Positions 50,153 to 62,776 of a DNA stretch of 64,000 nucleotides are shown here, one piece after another. Source of the stretch: Blasia pusilla (Eukaryota); assembly GCA_050084515.1 (NCBI GenBank), contig CM114271.1, forward strand, positions 13,082,001 to 13,146,000, given 5' to 3'. The translations under genes were made by a program, and so were the position numbers. Under the pieces are notes generated by a model. It was not told where the DNA came from and ran no database searches. It saw nothing but the letters and a program-made list of their open reading frames with translations. How positions within the stretch are numbered: the first letter of the stretch is position 1; every line of letters starts with the position of its first letter.

Positions 50153-53100
50153 ATGAGTTTTACGTGGTGGAAGGAGTTTCTATGGGGGGGAATGGCGGGT
50201 GTCATTGGAGAGACTATTATGCATCCGGTGGATACCCTCAAGACTCGGATTCAGACTGGAAGTCAGAGTGGAATTTCAACCCTCAAGGTAAGTGTTCGTC
50301 TGGCCATCCCTCTTTGTAGCATAAACTCGCTCGTTTGTTGACAGGTCTGGGAATTTGGTATCCTAGATTCACCTGAGGTTTGTGACCTACTCGAGTGCAA
50401 AGAGAAAGGTCAGGAGAATCAGGCATCATTCCAACATTGGGAGGATTCTCAAGCTTTGTGACCCAGTTGGTAGCCGTGGTTCCTCATACAATTCGTTGTC
50501 TCATGGGTGTTCCTACTGTGTAGGAGTATCTCTCTCCTGGTGGTTCCCCCGTGGTTTCCATGTGTCATAACTGTGTGTAGGAGCTTGTGTCTATTTTTGT
50601 GCCGTAGAGTATTTGGAGTACATGGGCTACTCTCAAGTTGGGTACTTTCTCCAGCGGCAGAGTGAAAGTTAAGAGAGGCTGGTCCATCGGGTGCTTTTGG
50701 TAATGCCAATTCTCGGCGGACTGAAAATTGTGTGGCAGGAACCACCAGCGCTGTTAGCATTCCTTTGTTTAACAGTGAGTTCCGTTTAGAATGGGCTGGT
50801 TCATTGTCCACTGTCTGGCAAGACCATCCGTTCCAGGGTTAGAGTTCGATGAGCGGGGGAATCGAGAAGGGAGGTCTTGAGGAAACTGACATGTCTCGGC
50901 ATAGGCATGCACAGAGCTCATACGAGGAACATGACAAATTTAATAATAAATGATTAATTTTACATTCGTTTTGATTCCCGATTAAAGTTTTAAGGGCGTT
51001 TGGAATTATATCCGACTGGAATTTTCATGGAAGAATGTCTCGATTGTGAATCTACAGAGACACAATGCCATACGAGGTGCCTTTGGAGCGATTTGGAAGC
51101 GTGATGGTTTTCAAGGTGCGGAGATCAAATGCTTTCAATGAACCTATGAAGTGGATGTTTTCTGTATATGCGGAACAATTTTAAACAAACTTACCTCAAA
51201 TGTCACTTTTAGAAATGCCTGGAATCCTGAAATCTGATCGCCAGAAATGGTCAGATTTACTCTCTTGGAATTTAAATAGAATCTGTGTAATTTTCATGTG
51301 GTCCTTGCGATTGCCTGGGTCCTATAATGACAAATGTTTTGTTTTGTGGGCTGATACAGGTTTTTATCGCGGGGTTGTTCCTGGAATGACGGGTTCTTTA
51401 GCAACCGGGGCTACATATTTTGGATTTATAGAGACCACAAAAGATTGGCTAAACGTGAGTCACCCCAGCTTAGCCGGCCCTTGGGCGCACTTCCTAGCTG
51501 GTGCTACTGGTGAGGTTCAAGCCATGCATGGCTCTAGTGCTCATCGAGAAATGAGATTGTGAGTGTCACTCATAATGTGGAGCCATCAGTTTCAACTGGT
51601 TGCTGAAGGGATGGGTCAGTGTTTTTTCTGTTGAAAACAGCTAGTAGGCTGGATTTGTGCACCAAAAAAGTCTGGGACTGGGGATAATTCATGCCTTGTT
51701 TTGCTTTGCTTTGCTTTGTGAAGTGGCAGGAAATTGCTTGCACATGAATAGGTAGGAGGCTCAAAATATGTTATTGTAAGCCAGAGATTTTTTGCATTAT
51801 TTTGCTAGTGTAGACCATGTCGCTTGGGTGCAAAACTGATGAGCTGTTCACTAGCAGAATACTTACCAGTATTTTGTGGACGTTCAGGTGATACTTTAGG
51901 GTCAGTGATATACGTACCCTGTGAGGTGATCAAGCAACGAATGCAGATACAGGGCAGTAAAAAAGCATGGCAAGCAAGTATGACTAAGTTGAATTCTGCA
52001 CCTGGAGGTTCATATTACTACACTGGTGTATTCAGTGCTGTGAAGTCTATACTACGACAAGAAGGTGTACACGGTCTATATGCTGGGTAAATTGTAGGCA
52101 TAGTCATGACCTTCTCTACTGGGCTGTGTCTTCTCTTCGTTTCTCACATATTGGCCATCCACCTCAGATTCGATTTTCAGAGGCTTACCTGTTGTATTGG
52201 TTGACTGCTAGGTGGTTGTTCTTCTTCTGTGTGTTGGGTGAACTCTGGGCATGTTTCTGACCTTCTCTACTGGGCTGGGTCTTCTCTTTTTTTCTTCACA
52301 TACTTGTAATCCAATGCACATTTCATTTTTAGAGGCTTCCATGCTGTGTTGGTTGACTGTTGGGTGGATGTTCTTCTTGAAGTCTACAGATTTAATCCTA
52401 GGTTGTAGTGCCATTTTGATTTTTGGGGTTCGTTTGGTCACTGTGTAAAGTACTATATTATGTTACTTTGGTGAATTGCCGGCATTAAGATTGAATCATT
52501 AAAACAGTGTGGTGCATGTGATAAATGGTTTCTTGCCCTACTTATTGAACTATAAGCCTTTTCTGCCTTGTAGTGTGTAACACATGGTACTCTATGCTGT
52601 TCAGGTACTTATCCACATTGGCACGAGATGTTCCTTTCGCGGGTTTCCAGGTGAACAATTTTCTAGTAGTTTTCTACGTCTTTTGCTGTCTATTCCAATG
52701 GTGGATGTTCTTCTGACTGGACGTCGTTTTGTGTCCCAGATAATGTTTTATGAAGCACTGAGGGAGTCTGTGGAGTGGAGACATGCAAGCCTTTCTATCA
52801 AGGGTTCAACACCGCAAAAGTATGAATTTGGTTCGGTCGAGGAGCTATGTCTAGGTGGTGCTGCTGGTGGTAAGATTAATGGCTCATCGTTCTTTGTCGG
52901 TTTTGTGTTTCAGCATCCGGGTGGGGGTTATGGCATGGGAAACTGAAGATTAGAATGTACTTTCTTGGGGATTGCTATTCATCTGCTTGTTTAATCCACT
53001 TTGCGGAGCCAAGGATGGTCATCACCTTTAATATTTTCTGTGCTTGTCTGAAATTGGTATGTGAAGTTACATTGTGTTCTTGAATACCCTGAAGTTTCTA

Positions 53101-54749
53101 CTTAGATTTATTGGTTGTCTCCTTTGATGCTTTCTGTGCAGTTGAATGCAACGAGAAAAATATTGGTTCTAAATTTCAGTGGATAGACATGAACTACGAA
53201 ATATGCTGAATCTCTTGGGGACTATGACGGCTATAGGAAGTCAATTAGGAGACTGATTGTTGCAGGATATTAATTAGCAGTAGCCCTGGTTCTGTAAGTT
53301 GTGTCTGATGGACCTCCTTGTCCGGTTGATATGTGTCAGTCAACTTTGTAGAATATCCCGGATTTCTTGAAGAGGTTTCTCATGAAAGATGTTAGACTTT
53401 ATTAATCTATATGGAGATTTTTCTGATACATCAATGGATCACTATCACTCAGGAGACCATGATGGTTGTAGGAAATCAATTAGCAGTAGCCCTGGTTCCT
53501 TAAGTTGGTGTTGGATTTACGTACTTGTTTTGTTGATTTGTGTCATTCAACTTTGAAGAAGATCCCAGATTTCTTGAAGAGGCTTCTCATGAAAGATGTT
53601 AAACTTAATTAACCCACATGGAATTTTTTCTGACAAACATGGATCACTATCATAGAGGATGAGGGTGTCGAAATTCTCACACAGAAACTGTTATCACGCC
53701 AAGGGGGTCAAGTGCGATGACTGTGAAATTATACAGCTTGTGGAGAGTAGTAGTAGATTTAGAATTTTGACTGCTAATGACTATACACTGTGAGCAAGTA
53801 TGCAGCTCAATCATGCCTTGAGGTTAGAACTGAAATGATTTTTGACAGTACTTTTTCTCTCAGAACTGCATGGAAGAGGAAACCTTGGAATTTGTGGTGT
53901 TGGTGTGATGACTGCGAAATCATACAGCTTGTAGAGTGTAGTGGTAGCTTTAGAATTTTGACTGCTTATGACTTTACACTGTGATCATGTATGCAGCTCA
54001 ATCATGCCTTGAGTTTGGAACCGAAATGATTTTTGACAGTACTTTTCTCTTAGAACTCCATGGAAGGGGAAACCTTGGAATTGGTGGTGTTGATATCTGG
54101 TTGTAGATTGGACCTCCCAACTAGCAATCAGAACTCTGGGATAGACATGCATGCCATCTTTGGATCTGAATTTATTGGGAGGATTTTCTTATGTGTTACC
54201 CATCTTGGCTGCAACTGCTCCTCATCAGGCATTAGTGCATTTCTGACTACACCAATGGATGTTATCAAGACTCGACTTCAAGTTCAAGGATCAAATATTC
54301 GGTGAGAATTAATACTCTTCCTTTTTGGGATGCTGAGGCCTATCTATTGTACTAGAGTGAGTGGATTGTTAGATATGCATGGCATTGGGGATATTATGTA
54401 AAGCGCTAAACACACCCATACTGAAAATTTTGTTTGCAGTTACAATGGCTGGGTGGATGCACTTCAAACAATTTGGAGAGAAGAACATGTGGCAGGACTT
54501 TTCAAAGGAGCTGTTCCACGGGTCATGTGGTTTGTGCCAGCAGCTGGTCTGACTTTCATGGCTGTTGAACTGTTGCGAAAAACCTTCAATGATGGTCCTG
54601 TACACCAGATTGAGACTTTCTCAAGTCCACTACCAACAAGAACCTGTGGTTTAGTTGATGACTCCATGGAATCTCATCCTGCATATGAGGAGCAAATCAG
54701 GGGAGTAGTGAATCCGGTGCAGCAAAGTCAGAAAATACTAGAACCGTAG
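50153..54749 (+). CDS. Mitochondrial carrier family (SLC25) protein, At1g74240-like; exons 50153-50287, 51058-51115, 51360-51509, 51888-52086, 52605-52650, 52740-52869, 54229-54301, 54440-54749
   Basis: Three carrier signatures Px[DE]xx[KR]xR (HPVDTLKTR, VPCEVIKQR, TPMDVIKTR), plus GFYRG, GSLATGATYFGFIE, TLARDVPFAG and GLFKGAVPRV. GT-AG introns are in phase. The start codon is uncertain. Confidence 0.93.
52106..52375. repeat. Intronic tandem duplication, period about 150 bp
   Basis: tgaccttctctactgggctg...gaggctt...ggttgactg occurs twice (from about 52108 and 52258). Confidence 0.8.
53272..53652. repeat. Intronic tandem duplication, period about 205 bp
   Basis: aattagcagtagccctggttc...gatttcttgaagagg...atggatcactatca occurs twice. 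Confidence 0.85.
53712..54092. repeat. Intronic tandem duplication, period about 190 bp
   Basis: gatgactg...tagaattttgactgct...gcagctcaatcatgccttgag...aaaccttggaatt.gtggtgttg occurs twice. Confidence 0.9.
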
Positions 54750-56808
54750 AAGTCCATGTCCTCATTAGTAGAGGTGGAGAGCTTAGATTCCTGGTTTTGT
54801 AATTATAATATCCTGGTGTTTGAGACAACATAAACCGTATTTTACCACATCGGCAATCATGACTTTTCCCTGAACCTTAGAATGAGAAAGCTTTGGTAGT
54901 ATGCAGCTCTTCAATTTTTTGGGCTGGGAGGGTTGGATCAAATCCTCTATTATTATTAGTATACAGCTGAAGCTTGCGACAGCTGTGTAATCTCTTTAAG
55001 GAGCTGCAGCCTAGGGTCTAGGAATATGTGGAAATACATACATTATTCATTTGTTTCAATAAGAAACAAGAACACCACCGAACGGGCCTTGATGTAGGAG
55101 GTGTTTGCCCTGATTGGTCTATATCATCATCATCATCATGGAATTCAGTAAAAGAGTCTCATCATTAAATTTGTGGCCTGGGCATTGACATTGGAGATCT
55201 GTTATCCATTCCCTCTACTGTGGATTCAAATACCTCGGGTTTGGATTCAAATGCCTCTCATGGATGCTGCCCATATAATTTTCTACCAAAGCCTTAGTAT
55301 TTATTGATTAGTGAAAGGTGGTGGAAGCGGAGGCGATCCGTCCATAGCAATTGTAGGCCCATGGGCGGTTTCTCTCCTTCCCTCCATCTTCAGGTACTTC
55401 TTCCTTGCTACCTTCCATTATACCTTTCACATAATTCAATACCACGAACTTTCCAATTTCTGATTGCATTTGATTCTCCAATTTACGGTCTAGGGAGTCC
55501 AATCTATGCTGATACTGCCCGACAAACTTGTGGGCTAATTTACGGGTGGATAGCAAAGTTCCAGCTAATAATTCAGATAATATGATGTTATGTTGTTTGG
55601 TGTGCTGAAATATCTTGGTAGGATTCGGTTTGGGATGAGAGAAAACCCTCACATGGGTTTTCTCGCATGGGTTTTTGATCGTATCTGAAATCGTTATGCT
55701 TTCATCAACTCTTCAGAACATCCCTCCACACATTATGGTGAAACATATCCACTATTCCCTGGGAATGCCAGCTGGTAAAATCTAAGAATTTCGGATCTGC
55801 TCGGGCAGAAGTTTGGAAAAATAGGACCCGGACAGTGCAGATTCTTTTGTAAAAAAAATTAAAAACTGGCAAGTATTTGGATATTCCCTATAAGACCTTA
55901 TTTGAGTGTAAGAAAACGGTCGACCCTAGAACCTGGCGGCATTTTTGTTATATGAAAGAAAAAAGTTTTCATGGATTGTTGACCGCGGTCGCCTTCATTG
56001 TCGCCGTCTCGGGCATTCGTAAGCCGTAATGATGAGTAGTGCGGAATGAAGTGTTGGATGGAATTGATGGAGACTAGCAACATTGCAAAGAATTCCGATC
56101 GACGGAACGCTGCCAGCTGGCTGACTTGGTTATGGAGCTCGTCCACGAAATGGCAGCTAAGGAAGCTTCGCAGCGAGATTTCTCGGCGACTGCGACGACG
56201 CCAGGTGGCCAGGTCAGGAGTGCATATCCACTCGTGGCTGCGATAGTGTCACATTGTCATAAGCTTACTTATTTTTCTGTCGGAAAACCCATATTTCCGT
56301 CTTTGAGATCATCAGAGCCCACTCTTAATCGAGCACACCGCCGATTGAAAACGGTCTAGTCATGAGGGGCGTTTTTTAATCGGTCGCCCCATCGGCCCTC
56401 GTGAAATTGTGAGACCGAATGTACTCCATCCTTGTTCCTCTCGTGTTTGCATTATAATCTTCATCTCCATTATAATCTTCGCATTTGTAGTAACGTATGA
56501 ATATTTAAAATGCATTAAATAATAGGAAACATTAGATAATAGGAATAATAATGCAAATATATAAATTTATATATTATACGGGAAGTTAAAAAATTATTTG
56601 AAAAATTAGTGTTTAATCTGAAGGAAAGAAATTAATGATATTACAAGTAAATTTAAATTTGATGTCTATAACATGTGAAATATTTTCACATGTTATAGAC
56701 ATCAACAAAAACTTTCGTACCAATCATTCGAGATTCGAGAATTTTGTTACTTCATTTCCTTGGTAAATATTTTCTTACAAATAAGAACTTCTTCTTTTTA
56801 TTATGCAA

Positions 56809-57236
56809 TTAGTAAGGTGTTCGTGCGATGCACGGGAAATAAAAAAGTGTTTGAACAGCTAGCGTATAGCCCGTGAAGGGAAGAGATTAATGATGCAAGA
56901 CATAAATTCAATTTTTTTTCTTACTTCATGTATTATGTGAAATATTTTCTTGTTGCCTAGTTGCCACGTGTCAAGGAGAGAGGCGTTTCCAAATCAGGAA
57001 GACACTCTCCCACAATATAGATAGATGAGGTGCTCGTGCGATGCACTTGAAATAAAAAAGTGTTTGAAGAGTTAGTGTATAGCCCGTGAAGGGAAGAGAT
57101 TATTGATGCTACATATAAACTCATTTTTTTTTTTACTGTCCGTAACCTGTGAAACATTTTTTTACTGTCCAGTTGCCACGTGTCAAGCATAGAGGTGTTT
57201 GCAAATCAAGAAGACACTCTCCCATAATAATATAGA
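56809..57236 (-). mobile_element. Two head-to-tail ~210-bp non-autonomous mini-Helitrons
   Basis: Each minus-strand unit starts TCTAT. The terminal unit carries the hairpin cgtgcatcgcacg and ends ccttaCTAA|T, the same terminal sequence as Helitron copy 2. Confidence 0.8.
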
Positions 57237-59329
57237 TTAACAATCTTATGCTAATTTTTAAATTAAAAAATTAACCATAAGGTAATGTATCAATATGCTG
57301 CGTATTAGTATCAAACTAATATGTGGCCTAAAATCCAAAATATACTAATACTGCATGGAGAGCATTTATATAAGAGAGTAGTAAATTTTTGTTCGTATTC
57401 ATAAAAATACTAATGTAAATTTTTTCTGATTAATACTACCATTGTGTAATTAATACACCACGAGAGAGAATAGTAATAGTAGGGGCCGACGAGAACGAAG
57501 AAAACTTTAAAAAATTAACGTATCGAAAATTACCCGGACCAGTTTCAAACGGGTAATTTTTCGAAAAGACCAATACATTTCCGATCCATATAAAGACGGT
57601 ATATTTTGGTCAAAAAAATGCCGACCTATTTTGATAGCTAATACAAAGGAGACCTTGTATACTTCGTCAGGAAAATCATCCGGCTAGGTTCTCCCGTTCA
57701 TTGGTTTCAAGTACAATCAAACGTAACGCCGGTTCTCCAGTTCATTGGTTCCAAGCAGAATCATCGCCTGTATGATCGTGTATCCAATGAGGGGTTGACC
57801 ACCGACGGATTATTATAAGCTGTCCCAACAAAGTCCCGTCGCGCCTCTACGACGAATCTACGTATGTAATGCCAGCTGCAAAGCGCGAGACTCCGTCTTC
57901 TGGGGTAGGAAGGACTCACCCTACACCGCTGGCTATTGTACAATTCCACCTGTCCCTCCCTCTACGTGTACGACGCTGCGCGGACGAGGCTGAAACCCCC
58001 CATACGCAATTGTGCCAGCGAGTCCGCTGAAGCTCAGCGCAGATGTTCAAATCTGTTAGAGCCCGCAAATTCTCCTCCGTGACCGATTTGCAATTCTGCC
58101 ACGAATTGAACAGAAACGAATGTGATTCCAAAAGTGCGGATCCGTTCCGCTTGCGGGTGCGCGAAGGCTGTGCGTGGCACCCCATGGACCACCCCGAACG
58201 CGAGTTGCGATTCTGCTCACGAGTAGATGGAAATGGCACGGCAAGTCTGCCGAATCATAAGTGCGCAGGTGTGCCTCCCCAACGTTTCGCGACTCTCCTC
58301 GTGAGCTTTCCTGCTTCACATCTCCGCATTCATCTTCTTTCGGAAACTATAATCCCGATCGAATTGAGACTAGAGGTTTCCATTTCAACATCTTTGAATA
58401 TAGTATGTTTATTTGATGTGTGAATTTGGACTAATCCTTCAATTTGTAGAATGGATACGAGTGTGTTTGAGCTTTCCATCGCTCCTTACACAACACGAGA
58501 TCTCATGATGCACAAAATTTCACTCAATACTATACAAAATGACGAATAAAACCATAACCTCGTGTCAGCACGATTTGGGCTAATGGAAATCCATGGACAA
58601 TCAGAGGAGCCTACGAACATCCGTATTCTACTGACTCTCTCAAACGCCATTGATACTGACATCCAGCTTCCAGATCTTCTATTAATTAGCACACGATCTC
58701 ATCTGGCTAGCCAACTTAGCCCGCAAGAGCATCTGCAATGACAAGCAGTAGAACGGCCGAGCGCCAGGGTAGGACACTGACTGTACCGTCGGACGGACGT
58801 GTATAATTTCTGTACTCGACGTAGTTGATGGGCGATTATTGGCGTCATTTACTTGACTTTTTCTAGAGAACCGTCCACCTCAGCTTTACCTTATAGGATG
58901 GATTTTAGAGTTTCAAATTGTTTCCCTCCGGATTCTAGTCCCTAGTTTTTGTCCCTGCATGAATGAGGGATTTAGGGATCTTAAAAGGCACCGATGCATA
59001 TGCAATGCTCATATGGAAAAAGATAGCCTCCAGATTTATTCCAAAGATATTTCTATCCATTTGAATAGAATGGAGAAAAGGTAATAGAGAGTATAACTAT
59101 TTCATTTATTCATTTGGAGGACCATAATCAAGATTAAATGAAAGAATCTCAACATTCCTATCCACACTCTTATGGACTTAATCTTGTTTAGGGTTGAAAC
59201 CAAAGAAGATGTACTCAAATTATGTACAAACTTGAATTGAAATATTTTGGTTAACTTAGAACAATTTCAACTTTTAGAATAGAGAAGTTGCCATGCCATT
59301 ATCCTCTTGAGGATCTACACTCTCAAATA

Positions 59330-60300
59330 AAACAAAGAAAAACTCCAAACTATCATATAAACAAGTAACATCATGCCATAAGCTTAGCCATCTCACCTTT
59401 TAGTATAGTCTCATACTTTTATGAGAGTCTTTCAACTCCATTTGTAAACAAAAGAACTTGCCTTTCTCTTGGCACTCTACGTAAACTAAAAGGCAATGGA
59501 ATTCAATAAGTGGTCAAATTCATTACTAATGGCCTCGCAAGAAAGATTGCCTCATGATTGCCAAATTAGTTTGATATGCAAATCAGTGTGATACAATGGA
59601 CATTACTTATGAAAGGATTAACATTTCTTTTCAATCAAGCAACACATTGTTCCATTTCCCAATCATACAACTAGCACCATCCAAGCCAAACCCTACAAAC
59701 TTGTTGAAATCTAAGCTCCACTCTTTGAGTAAGGATGTATCAAGATAATAAAATAACCTCAAAATCCTTGATCTCGATTCTTACATTTCTTCAAACGACA
59801 TCCTCACGAAGCCTTACAAATATGACTTGACGGGTTTTCATAGAAATGTTAGTAGACTCATCTATCACGAGTCCAATGAATGGGCTAGCCTTTACTCTAC
59901 TTAACACCTCTTTGGGTAATATGGTATTAATAAATGTGATTCTATCAATGCTTGCCTTCTCATCTTGATATAGAAATTTTTCAAAGTTGGTGGAGATACA
60001 CTCTAGCAAATGACAAAGGCTTGGAAAACCCTCGGCAAAAAATTCTCTTTGACTATGAAGTAGACAACACAAAATACACTTATCAAATTTTCATTGTTTG
60101 TTGATTAGTCTAAGGAATGGATTTATCCATTTAATTTGTCTTCTTATCCATACTTTGGATCCCAAAAAAACTTACAATGTTGTAAATATTTATAGCTTCT
60201 AAGGTAATTGTTGCAAATAGTGATTTCCCCTTAGATACTTGACATATTTCACAAAAAAATTCCAATGTGAGGTTCAAAATGACTCTAATCAAATGTTTTA
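59330..60300 (-). pseudogene. Decayed hAT transposase fragment (ZNF862/DUF4371-like)
   Basis: VKASPFIGLVIDESTNIS...FVRL and KFVGFGLDGASCMIG resemble hAT catalytic-region motifs; many stops. Confidence 0.75.
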
Positions 60301-60914
60301 TATGAAGTATCGTTCCATAGTTTTTGATTCTTCTTACTCTTGAACTCTCTAGGGTTTTCATTTTTTTCCTAGGCTTTTTGTATTTCTTTGGTTGTGTTTG
60401 GCTTCATATTAAAACCAAATTCAATAAGGCTTCTTTTCATTTTGGATTATTTTGGTTGAGGGCTATTTGTTTGAGACTTTACTAGGTAACGTAAACTACC
60501 ATACCAAAAATTAATTGCTAAGTCTAAGAGGACTTATGTTTGTCATCTTGAAATTCCCCAAGACCTAAGACACTAATCAGCATGCACAATGCTGAAAAAA
60601 TTGTCAGCAAAAGGAAATTACGGGGTTGAAATAATTATTTCCAATGTAATATGGAACTAACATTTGGCAATGCCTAAACAAACTTAAAATTATATGTGAA
60701 TTTGGTAAAGAAGTCTTATGAAGATCATGGTTGCACGGAAACAGACATGTCCAACGGATCCTCCATCCGGGCCCAGTGGTCTGCGCCGCCACCGCCAAGG
60801 TCGCACGGAAACGGACATGGAACACCGGGCGCGAGGATGGGTTTTTGTGGCGCCCAGATCAACTACGCGGGCTCCACTTGCGGGCCACCGGTGCGGGCTC
60901 CGATGAAGGGTGCC

Positions 60915-61490
60915 GGCCTAGGTCGCGGGCCTTGGAGCCTGCATGTGGGCTAGGATGCAGACCTTGAAGCCTATGTTCGGGTTGCGGGACGCCGAGCCGG
61001 TGCACGGGCTAGTTCGTGGGCCCTGGAGCCCGTGCGCAAGCTCGTTATAGGCCTTGGAGCCCACCTATAGGCTAGGTCGCGGGCTCATTTCTGGCTCGGG
61101 CTAGAGCTCGCATGCGGGCCACCAAGCTCGCGCACGGGCTTGTTGCGAGCCTTGGAGCTCGCTTGTGGGCTATGTCATGGGCCGCCGAGCCCTCGCACGG
61201 GCTAGGGTGCGGGCATGGGAGCCCGCATGCGGGCTATGGCACGGGCTCGTATGCAGGCCTCCGAGCCCGCAAGCGCAGGCTAGTTGTGGGCCATGGAGCC
61301 CGTGCAGAGCCTGCGCACGGACTCCAAAGCCCGTAGTGCGGGCGTAGCGCGGGCCCTAGAGCCCGCATGCGGACCGTTGAGCCTGCCTTCCGGCCCGAGG
61401 ATGGCCCGCAGTGAGGGCTGCTTGTGGGCCTTGGAGCTCGCATGCGGACTAGGGCACGAGACCGCGCACGGGCTCCTTGCGGGCCGTGCG
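60915..61490. repeat. GC-rich degenerate tandem repeat, about 32-bp unit
   Basis: Recurrent gggcc(t/a)tggagcccg(c/t)(a/g)(t/c)gcgggctag... units; this accounts for the spurious ORFs on both strands. Confidence 0.85.
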
Positions 61491-61894
61491 GACCAGGGTT
61501 TGTGGAGGGGCTCTGTGATTTTAGTGAGGTATTAAATAAATTCTGTCACTATTATGGTTTGGGTGATTGACGGTTTGAGAGGTTGGAATAGGGTTGATGT
61601 AGGAGAATATAGGTTAGTTAGAAATGAGAGTAATTGATGAATTTGGGATCCTAGTAGTGGAGAAAGGAATGACAATATTAAAATAGATTTGAATAAGGTG
61701 GTTGTATTGCAAAATAGGTCCGTTGGAAATTTAATTTAGGTCAAGAAGTTAGGATAGGTCAAGAAGGAATCTAATAGGAGAATAAAAAAATAGGTTTATT
61801 AAAGAAAATTAATGGAGATGGTTTAGTAATCAATTGTAAGTGGGGGTAGATGATTTGGGGAGTTAGAAGGGTTCATTCTCTCTCTCTCTCTCTC

Positions 61895-62159
61895 GGTAGA
61901 TGACCAAGAGGTTAGCTGAACAAACATAAGGTCCTCTTGAAGAGGTCTTGGGTTCAACTCTCCCCTTGGACAGTGGGGGGCGGTCTCAACCCCAGGGCAG
62001 TGGCGTCCCCTACCTAGGAGATAGATGGTCCATGTTCGAGAGAGAGAACTCCTTAGTGCCTTTCATGTGTGTGCCTTGACTATGCTCCAAGGTTAAAAAT
62101 TTGGATAAAATTCCAAGCCTTCACAAAAGAAAAACAAAAAAGAAAAAACAAAAACCAAA
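61895..62159 (+). mobile_element. Probable tRNA-derived SINE
   Basis: A-box-like tgaccaagagg (61901), B-box-like ggttcaactc (61951), a non-tRNA body and an A-rich tail (62125-62159), preceded by (TC)n. No clear target-site duplication. Confidence 0.55.
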
Positions 62160-62776
62160 TCTCCTGAGTGAGAACCCCAAATCTAGATGTGAAGGTGCCA
62201 TGTTGGATGGGATGTCAATTTCACATATGTGGAAGGGGTCCCATAAGCCAGATCGGCTTCCTGTGAACTAAAAATCTACTCTACTCTACTCTCTCTCTCT
62301 GTGAAGTTTTTTTTTCTCGATAGATAGCTGAACTTGATAAGTGAAAATATGTTTTGCCACTAGATAACCCTGATACTAAAGGTATTTCAGTTATCTAGGT
62401 TAGCATATTGATCTTTCTTGTTCATAGCAAGTATTCCAAGTTTTGTTATTGGAGCATTCACGGACAATATCTGGTGTAATTTGTATATATTTTATTGATC
62501 AATATATACTAATATTGACATAGTAAATTATTTCAAATTTTCCAAATATTTTTGGGTGGGGTTAGTGAGTGCCTATAGTCATGACTAAAGCCAGAGAACT
62601 CCAACAGATTGTGAAGGAACATTGGCAAGAAGTACAGATGGAAGGTGGAACATCAAGCATATGGCAGTGCAAGAATTATTCATATTCTATAAAAACCTAT
62701 CATAGCACGCAGATGATAGAGCATTTTACACGAGAGAGACGAAAGAAAAAGGATGGAAATCAGGACATCCATCATG

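Noticed and set aside
49732-50241. 169-aa antisense ORF over the carrier 5' end
   Set aside because: No motif; consistent with a shadow ORF of a GC-rich first exon and UTR.
60696-61535. Several ORFs on both strands
   Set aside because: By-product of a stop-poor GC-rich tandem repeat.
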